Shown here: in pieces, positions 57,286-64,000 of the stretch | Numbering within the stretch: position 1 is the first letter of the stretch | Layout: every line of letters starts with the position of its first letter | Assembly: GCA_963663385.2 (NCBI GenBank) | Contig: CAXXXD010000003.1 | Location: 640,001-704,000, forward strand | Length of the DNA: 64,000 bases | Direction: 5' to 3' | Origin: Oceanispirochaeta sp. | GTDB taxonomy: Bacteria > Spirochaetota > Spirochaetia > DSM-2461 | Notes under the pieces: generated by a model | What the model was told of the DNA's origin: nothing | Seen by the model: the letters and a program-made list of their open reading frames with translations, nothing else | The model's database searches: none | Translations under genes and position numbers: made by a program

Positions 57286-59969
57286 AAGAACCCCTCTACC
57301 TGCTGGATGGATACAGCGTTATCTACCGTGCCTATTTTGCTTTTATAAGACAGCCTATGCGGAACCTGGAAGGAAAGAATGTCTCGGCTATTTTCGGTTT
57401 TTTCCGTACCGTATTCAGTATTCGAAAAAGAAGGAACACAGACCGTCTCGTCGTACTGATGGATTCGAAAACAAAGACTTTCCGTCATGAGATGTATCCC
57501 GAATACAAGGCCACCCGTGATAAAACCCCTGATGACCTGCATGAACAGATCCCTGTTATCGAGGAGCTTCTGGAGATCCTGGGAATCCCCTGTCTGCGGA
57601 CAGACGGGTATGAAGCGGATGATTTGATGGGAACCCTGGCTGTAAAAGCGAAGGAAGAGGGACGGCAGGCCTATATTATCTCGGGAGACAAGGACCTTCT
57701 GCAGTTTGCCGGCGGAAATATTTCCATTCTGAAGCCCGATAAGGGTGAGCTGGTCGAAATGAACCGGGAGGAAGTGTTTAATGACCGGGGAGTATGGCCA
57801 GAGCAGATTGTGGATTACCTGGCTCTGGTTGGGGATACGGCGGATAATGTCCCCGGTGTAGCCGGAATCGGACCTAAAACGGCATCCAGACTCCTTCAGA
57901 CCTACGGAACCCTGGATGAGGTCTATAATCATCTGGATGAGATAAAAAGCAAAAGTCAGAAGCAGAAACTGGAAGATAACAGGGAAAATGCTTTTTTCAG
58001 CCGGGAGCTGGTACAGATTAAAACGGATGTCCCCATAGAGTATGATGAGGAGAATCTTGTTATTCGGGGGGAACGGACACAGGAAGCCGCCGCCCGGTTT
58101 CTGGCGGAAGGGATTGCCAGTCTGGCCAGGGAACTGGATCCTGAAATTCAGGCGGAAGAAAAACCGGAAGCTCCTAAAAATAATAGGAAAGGGGAATACG
58201 AAGCGGTTCTTACTCCGGAGGCTCTTCAGAGCTGGATAGACAGAATCCGGGAAAAGGGCGCGGTCAGCCTGGACTGTGAAACAGACAGCCTTGATCCCAT
58301 GCAGGCCAACCCGGTCGGTATCTGTCTTTCCGTCGGGGGAGAAAAAGCCTGCTATATTCCCTTAACGGCGCCGGATGCCAGGTGTCTGCCCATGGATCTG
58401 GTTAAGGGAGAGCTGAAAGCCCTGCTGGAAGACCCATCGCTGAAGATCATCGGTCAGAATATCAAGTATGACTGGAAGGTGCTGAAACGCTGGGGGATTC
58501 ATCTGGGAGATGTTTTTTTTGATACCATGATTGCCGCCTGGATGATAGACGCCGGGACAGCGGTGAATATGGATTTTCTGGCTGAGCGCTATCTGGATTA
58601 TAAAACGGTTCATTTCAAGGATATAGTCCCCAAGGGTAAACTCTTCTCGGACGTTCCCCTGGAAGAAGCGGTGGAGTATGCGGCGGAAGATGCGGATATT
58701 ACCTGGCGTCTGTATGAAGTTCTGGATCCTCTGCTGGAAGAGAAAAAACTGAAAAACCTTTTTGATACAATGGAGATGCCCCTTATCCGCATACTGGGCG
58801 AGATGGAGTACCGGGGTATCCTTCTGGATCAGGTTGAGATGGACCTGTACAGCCGTGAACTGGAGGATTCTCTGGATCTTCTGAAAAAAGAGATCTATAC
58901 CCTCTGCGGCAGGAAATTCAATATCAATAGTACAAAGCAGCTTCAGGAAGTGCTTTTTACAGACCGGAAGCTTCAGCCCGTAAAAAAGACAAAGAGCGGG
59001 TATTCAACCGATACGTCTGTACTGCAGCAGCTGGCCCAGGAGGATCCCGTTCCCGAGAAAATCCTGATATACCGCGGTCTGGCCAAACTGAAGTCCACCT
59101 ATGTGGATACCCTGCCCGGCATGATCAACCCCAGTACCGGCAGAATCCACACCTCCTATATACAGACGGGAGCGGCTACCGGCCGTCTGGCCAGCAGGGA
59201 TCCCAACCTGCAGAATATTCCTGTACGGGATGAAAACGGCAGGCGCATCAGAAAAGCCTTCCACCCGGAAAAGGGCAGTCTCTTCCTTTCGGCCGACTAC
59301 TCCCAGATAGAGCTGGTGGTTCTGGCCCATCTTTCGGAGGATCCCGGGCTGATTGAAGCTTTTACAACGGGAGAAGACGTTCACCGGAAAACGGCCTCCC
59401 TGATTTATAAACAGCCTGTTTCGGAGATAACCTCTTCCCAGCGGCGGATTGCCAAAACCATTAACTTCGGAGTGATGTACGGTATGTCGGCCTTCCGCCT
59501 TTCCAATGAGCTGAAAATACCCAGGGCCGAAGCCAAACAGTTTATTGACACATACTTTGAGGAGTATGGGGGTATAAAAAAATTCGTTGACGATACCATT
59601 GTTCAGGCCGAAAAAGAGGGCGGTGTACACACGGTGATGGGGCGGTTTCGTCCTATTCCCCAGATAACAAGTAAAAACAAGATGGAAAAAAGCGGGGCTG
59701 AAAGGGCTGCTGTAAACTCCCGGATTCAGGGGACTGCTGCCGATATTGTCAAGATGTCCATGCTTGCTCTGGACAAACGGCTGAAGGAGTCTGAACTGAA
59801 GGCCAGGGTCCTGCTTCAGGTGCACGATGAGATAATCCTGGAGGTCCCGGAAGAGGAAGCTTCTCTCTGTGAAAAGCTGCTCCGTGAGGTTATGGAGGGG
59901 ATTATGGAACTGAAAGTCCCTCTCAAGGCCAATGTGGAAACAGGCCGCAGCTGGGGAGATATTCACTAG
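57282..59969 (+). CDS. polA: DNA polymerase I
   Basis: 5'-3' exonuclease (YEADD, GDKD), 3'-5' exonuclease (LDCET, YAAEDAD), polymerase motifs (ADYSQIEL, AKTINFG, QVHDE). Confidence 0.98.
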   Translation: MKEPLYLLDGYSVIYRAYFAFIRQPMRNLEGKNVSAIFGFFRTVFSIRKRRNTDRLVVLMDSKTKTFRHEMYPEYKATRDKTPDDLHEQIPVIEELLEILGIPCLRTDGYEADDLMGTLAVKAKEEGRQAYIISGDKDLLQFAGGNISILKPDKGELVEMNREEVFNDRGVWPEQIVDYLALVGDTADNVPGVAGIGPKTASRLLQTYGTLDEVYNHLDEIKSKSQKQKLEDNRENAFFSRELVQIKTDVPIEYDEENLVIRGERTQEAAARFLAEGIASLARELDPEIQAEEKPEAPKNNRKGEYEAVLTPEALQSWIDRIREKGAVSLDCETDSLDPMQANPVGICLSVGGEKACYIPLTAPDARCLPMDLVKGELKALLEDPSLKIIGQNIKYDWKVLKRWGIHLGDVFFDTMIAAWMIDAGTAVNMDFLAERYLDYKTVHFKDIVPKGKLFSDVPLEEAVEYAAEDADITWRLYEVLDPLLEEKKLKNLFDTMEMPLIRILGEMEYRGILLDQVEMDLYSRELEDSLDLLKKEIYTLCGRKFNINSTKQLQEVLFTDRKLQPVKKTKSGYSTDTSVLQQLAQEDPVPEKILIYRGLAKLKSTYVDTLPGMINPSTGRIHTSYIQTGAATGRLASRDPNLQNIPVRDENGRRIRKAFHPEKGSLFLSADYSQIELVVLAHLSEDPGLIEAFTTGEDVHRKTASLIYKQPVSEITSSQRRIAKTINFGVMYGMSAFRLSNELKIPRAEAKQFIDTYFEEYGGIKKFVDDTIVQAEKEGGVHTVMGRFRPIPQITSKNKMEKSGAERAAVNSRIQGTAADIVKMSMLALDKRLKESELKARVLLQVHDEIILEVPEEEASLCEKLLREVMEGIMELKVPLKANVETGRSWGDIH

Positions 59970-59971
59970 CA

Positions 59972-60565
59972 ATGATAGCAGGATTGGCCGGGAAAAGCTG
60001 TGCCGGAAAAAACCTTATCGCAGAAATCCTTCAGGACCGGGGCTGGGATGCGGTGGATATGGATCGAATGTCCCATGAAGTGCTGGAAGGACTTTCTGAA
60101 GAAGCCGCAGTCCTGTTCGGTGACGCCATCCTGACGGACAGCAGGAAGGTAGACAGGAAAGCCCTGGGGCAGATCGTGTTTTCCGACCCGGAAAAACTGA
60201 AGGATCTGGAAAATCTTATCTATCCCGTTCTTCATGACCGTCTGGATGATTATCTGAAAAACCGTAAGACCGGGCAGCCTCTGCTGATTAATGCGGCCGC
60301 TCTGGAAAAAAGTGATTTCTGGAAAATCTGTGACCTGGTTCTCTGGGTTGATGCCCCCTGGCCGGTGCGTCTGTTACGGGCCAGAAAGCGGGATAAAAAA
60401 CCTTACAGGCAGCTGGTTCAACGTTTTAGGGCCCAGGGTAAACTAAAACCTCAATATTTTTTTAAGCGGGTCGATATTTATATTATAAAGAATGGCGGAA
60501 GCAGGAAGAGACTGGAAAAGTCCATTGACAAATGGCTTCTGGAACCTTCCTCCGGAGTGAGATAG
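59972..60565 (+). CDS. coaE: Dephospho-CoA kinase
   Basis: GLAGKSCAGKN P-loop, DRKALGQIVF; follows polA. Confidence 0.88.
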   Translation: MIAGLAGKSCAGKNLIAEILQDRGWDAVDMDRMSHEVLEGLSEEAAVLFGDAILTDSRKVDRKALGQIVFSDPEKLKDLENLIYPVLHDRLDDYLKNRKTGQPLLINAAALEKSDFWKICDLVLWVDAPWPVRLLRARKRDKKPYRQLVQRFRAQGKLKPQYFFKRVDIYIIKNGGSRKRLEKSIDKWLLEPSSGVR

Positions 60566-60570
60566 AAAGA

Positions 60571-61248
60571 ATGGAAATGGATAAAAGAAATAAAAATCAG
60601 GTAGAAAGCCCTCTGAAGGTACTATGGGTTTTATTGTCAGTCCTCGGGCTGTTGATTATCGTGGGAACCGCGGGATTTCGTTTCTTCTCTCCCGATAGAA
60701 GTACGGGAGAACCCAAACCGGTGCTCGCCGCTACAACCGCTCTGCCGGCTGAAACCCCGGAGGAGTTTGATCCCATTGAATGGGCCAGGAAATCAGAAGA
60801 GTATCCGGAAATGCAGGAAGAGAGCGTTCAGGACGATTCGTTTATAGTAGAACTTATAACGGAAGAAGAGGCTGCCGCCCAGGCTGAGCCGGCTCCCGAG
60901 CCGGAGCCGGTTGTCTTACCGGTTGTCACTCCGGAACCGGAAAAGCCCGCTGAACCGGAAGTCCGGTATAAGGAAGTCTCTGTTGAGGTATACTGGATTC
61001 AGGTCGGATCCTATGGCTCCATGACAAAAGCGGAAAGTGTGACAGCCTTTCTGAAAGATAAAGGCGTAAGCAGTACGGTCCAGGTCAAGTCCGTTGACGG
61101 AACGGCCCGCTACAGGGTCCGTATCGGAGCATTTAACACAAAAGCGGAGGCGGACAAGTTCAATGTACAGGTCAGGTCTCTGGAGGGATTCGAGGAGAGT
61201 TTTGTGGTGCAGTCCACTATCTCCCGGCAAGTCCCGGTAAGCTCCTGA
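60571..61248 (+). CDS. SPOR-domain membrane-anchored protein
   Basis: Single TM, Pro/Glu linker, YWIQVGSY...YRVRIGAF SPOR domain. Confidence 0.88.
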   Translation: MEMDKRNKNQVESPLKVLWVLLSVLGLLIIVGTAGFRFFSPDRSTGEPKPVLAATTALPAETPEEFDPIEWARKSEEYPEMQEESVQDDSFIVELITEEEAAAQAEPAPEPEPVVLPVVTPEPEKPAEPEVRYKEVSVEVYWIQVGSYGSMTKAESVTAFLKDKGVSSTVQVKSVDGTARYRVRIGAFNTKAEADKFNVQVRSLEGFEESFVVQSTISRQVPVSS

Positions 61249-61251
61249 ATC

Positions 61252-61282
61252 AGACGGTACCATTTCGGTACCGTTTTTTTTA
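61252..61282 (+). terminator. Intrinsic terminator after the SPOR gene
   Basis: ACGGTACC-ATTTC-GGTACCGT followed by a T tract. Confidence 0.8.
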
Positions 61283-61327
61283 ATTAATATTTATCATTCC
61301 GTAAACCAATGTTATATAATTTTTATT

Positions 61328-63052
61328 ATGAAGACCAAAGAACAATTAATATCGCATATTTACGGTGAACAGAGTGAAGAGATCCGGAAGCGTCTTGAGC
61401 TGCTGCTTGAACAGTGGAAGCCGCTGATCCACAGGCCGGATAAACCGGTAAAAAAACTGCCGGTAGATGAAAAAGATGTGGTGATGATTACCTATGGGGA
61501 CTCCATTAAGGAAGAGGGGAAACCACCGCTGAAGGCATTGAAGGATTTTGCCGACGGGTGGCTGCGGGAGATGGTGTCGGGCATCCATATTCTACCGTTT
61601 TCTCCCTATTCCTCGGACGACGGATTTTCTGTAATTGATTACCGTAAAATTGATCCGGCTCTCGGCGACTGGGATGATATGACAGGACTGGGTGAAAATT
61701 TCCAGCTCATGTTTGATCTTGTGCTGAATCACTGCAGCGTCCAGAGCGAATGGTTCAAGCGGTATCTGAAAGGGGAAGGGAAATATAAGAGCTACTTTCA
61801 CTCGGTGGATCCTTCCGCCGATCTTTCCTCCGTCTTCAGGCCGAGGGCTCTTCCTCTGCTGACGGAGTTTGAAACATCCGAAGGGAAAAAGCACGTGTGG
61901 ACAACATTCAGCGCCGATCAGGTGGATCTGAATTTTTCCCGGCCCGATGTTTTCCTTGAATTTGTGGATATTATCCTTTTCTATATAGCCCAGGGAGCGC
62001 AGATAGTCCGCCTGGATGCCATCGGGTTCCTCTGGAAAGAGATCGGCACGTCCTGTATGCATCATGAAAAGACTCACGCCATGGTTCAGCTTTTCCGTTC
62101 CATCCTGAAGGAGGCGGCACCCCATGTGGTTCTGTTGACAGAAACCAATGTGCCCCATGCCGAAAACATCTCCTACTTCGGAGAGGGGTATAACGAGGCC
62201 CATATGGTCTATCAGTTTACCCTTCCGCCCCTGACCCTTGAGGCGTATATTAAAGAAAATGCCGCACACCTTACCGAATGGGCGGCTTCCCTGCCGGAGA
62301 CAAACGATGAACATACCTTCTTCAACTTCATGTCCTCCCACGACGGGATAGGGATTCTGGGAGCCAAAGGATATTTGAGCGACCGGGAAGTCAATCATAT
62401 GCTGGAGGTTGTAAAATCCAGGGGCGGACGGATCTCCTACAAAGCCACCCCCACGGGAGAGATTCCCTACGAAATGAATATCAACTACCGGGACGCTGTT
62501 ACGCATCCTGATCTGCCGGTGGATCTGCGGGCTATGCAGTTCCTTTCCTCCCAGGCGGTTATGCTCTGTATGGCCGGTGTGCCGGGAATCTATGTCCACA
62601 GCCTTCTCGGTTCCGGAAACTGGCAGGAAGGTGTGACCGAGTCCGGTATCAACCGCCGCATCAACCGGGAAAAACTGGACAGGGATAAACTGGTCGCCGA
62701 ACTGAACGAAGAGGGTTCCCTGAGGCAGCTGATCTATACAGGGTTCAGGGATCTTCTGAAGATCCGCAGGGCGCACAGGGCGTTTGATCCCACCTCTCCC
62801 CAGACCGTGCTGAAACTTGATCCCGAAGTCTTTGCCCTGGTCCGTACGGCCTATGACGGCAGCGAATCGGTTCTCTGTCTGCAGAATACCTCACGGAGGC
62901 GGCTGTATATGACTCTGGACGGACGGAACTGTCCTGTCCCCTTAAATGATGAATATTACTGCCTGACAGAGGGGGGCAGTACGATTCAGGGGGACGAAGC
63001 AGGCTGGACCATAACCCTGGAGCCCTACGAGGTTTTCTGGGTTCAGTTCTGA
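61328..63052 (+). CDS. GH13_18 glycoside phosphorylase, probably glucosylglycerate phosphorylase
   Basis: SSDDGF, DLVLNH, WTTFS.DQ.DL, RLDA, ETN, FNFMSSHDG, YEMN. Confidence 0.85.
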   Translation: MKTKEQLISHIYGEQSEEIRKRLELLLEQWKPLIHRPDKPVKKLPVDEKDVVMITYGDSIKEEGKPPLKALKDFADGWLREMVSGIHILPFSPYSSDDGFSVIDYRKIDPALGDWDDMTGLGENFQLMFDLVLNHCSVQSEWFKRYLKGEGKYKSYFHSVDPSADLSSVFRPRALPLLTEFETSEGKKHVWTTFSADQVDLNFSRPDVFLEFVDIILFYIAQGAQIVRLDAIGFLWKEIGTSCMHHEKTHAMVQLFRSILKEAAPHVVLLTETNVPHAENISYFGEGYNEAHMVYQFTLPPLTLEAYIKENAAHLTEWAASLPETNDEHTFFNFMSSHDGIGILGAKGYLSDREVNHMLEVVKSRGGRISYKATPTGEIPYEMNINYRDAVTHPDLPVDLRAMQFLSSQAVMLCMAGVPGIYVHSLLGSGNWQEGVTESGINRRINREKLDRDKLVAELNEEGSLRQLIYTGFRDLLKIRRAHRAFDPTSPQTVLKLDPEVFALVRTAYDGSESVLCLQNTSRRRLYMTLDGRNCPVPLNDEYYCLTEGGSTIQGDEAGWTITLEPYEVFWVQF

Positions 63053-63152
63053 GGCCTTCCCTTACCCCTCCAAAAGGAGGGGATTAATCAATACAGATTT
63101 TTGCCCCGGAGGAACAGTAGAGACAGGTTTATTGAAGCCTGTCTCTACTGGG

Positions 63153-64000
63153 TTAATCGGAACACTCCATTTTATCCCGGCACTTTTCTATAAAGAAAGC
63201 CGCCGCCTTATCGGAGGCATTTCCGCTCAGTATGGTATGCATGGCGGTAAGGCATTTTTCAAACTCTTCCTTGTGGTAATTCTCCACACCCTTTTCAAAC
63301 TCCCCGCAGGAACTGATTTTAAGGCTGCGTTCCGGTTCCGGAAGGCTGTTCAGAACCTCCAGCACTTCCATCTGTTTCTTCTTCCCTTTTACTTCGACGG
63401 CTCCCAGAAAGCGGGTATCCACCCTTTCCGGGTGTTTTAAAAGGGTATAGGTCTGACGGCTTATGATTATGGAGGCTCCGAAGTTTTTGGTAAGGCTTTC
63501 CATCCGGGAGGCAATGTTCACCGTATCGGAAATAACGGTAGTTTCCATCCGGTCATGTTCTCCTATTGTTCCCAGCATTATGCTGCCTGAATGAAGGCCT
63601 ATTCCCAGGCGGATCTCACGGTAACCCGCCTTGTCTCTGTTTCTGTTATACCGGGTAACCGCATTCTGAAGACCTATGGCGGCAGACAGGGCCCTGTCCG
63701 GGGATTCGGGAAAGAGGGCCATAATACCGTCACCGATAAATTTATCGACAAATCCCCCTTCCTCCCGGATAACAGGAACCACATTGGAAAGGAAGGAGTT
63801 GAGAAAACGGAAGTTTTCCTCCGGGGTCATATCTTCGGACAGGGAAGTAAAGGACCGGATATCCGCAAAAAGGATGGTCATTTCCTCATGCACCTGATCC
63901 CCCAGATTGACTTCCAGGATGCTCGCTTTCTGAAGGTATTTCAGAAACTGAAACGGGACGAACCGGGAGAGGGAGTCGTTAAACTCCTGCAGGTTGGTTG
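63153..64000 (-). CDS. Class III adenylate/guanylate cyclase domain protein, 3' part (start outside the window)
   Basis: SRFVP, TILFADIRSFT, DKFIGDGIMALF, GIGLHSG, DTVNIASRME; frame stays open to the window end. Confidence 0.92.
   Translation of the reverse strand, partial: TNLQEFNDSLSRFVPFQFLKYLQKASILEVNLGDQVHEEMTILFADIRSFTSLSEDMTPEENFRFLNSFLSNVVPVIREEGGFVDKFIGDGIMALFPESPDRALSAAIGLQNAVTRYNRNRDKAGYREIRLGIGLHSGSIMLGTIGEHDRMETTVISDTVNIASRMESLTKNFGASIIISRQTYTLLKHPERVDTRFLGAVEVKGKKKQMEVLEVLNSLPEPERSLKISSCGEFEKGVENYHKEEFEKCLTAMHTILSGNASDKAAAFFIEKCRDKMECSD

Overview
Chromosomal window from what looks like an anaerobic Spirochaetaceae-like diderm. This taxonomy is inferred from gene content and order (stand-alone rpsD; fliS-polA-coaE-SPOR) and was not checked by search. 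Contents in order: partial sixA; rpsD; a ~11 kb heme uptake and anaerobic degradation island (ChuW/HutW radical SAM enzyme with an extra N-terminal domain, ECF transporter, flavodoxin-HutX fusion, ChaN-like protein, Met-rich lipoprotein, TonB-dependent receptor, TonB-ExbBD); an RND pump behind a sigma54 motif; a BtsSR-like system with cstA and its direct-repeat site; patatin-Omp85; trpE-GD-CF-B-A; DNA repair genes; an AlaA-like aminotransferase; an amino-sugar locus; trkAH; phoH2; fliS; polA; coaE; a GH13_18 phosphorylase; and a partial adenylate cyclase. The best novelty candidate is an ORF too short for the ORF track (34140-34226). It encodes a 28-aa leader peptide with seven consecutive Ala codons and sits with a mutually exclusive antiterminator/terminator pair in front of the aminotransferase, an apparent alanine-sensing ribosome-mediated attenuator. 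Other candidates are the fused heme-degradation proteins and a GntR/LacI regulator fused to a HIT/GalT-like enzyme domain next to a eukaryote-type GALK2-like kinase. No CRISPR array, tRNA, rRNA or intact mobile element was seen.
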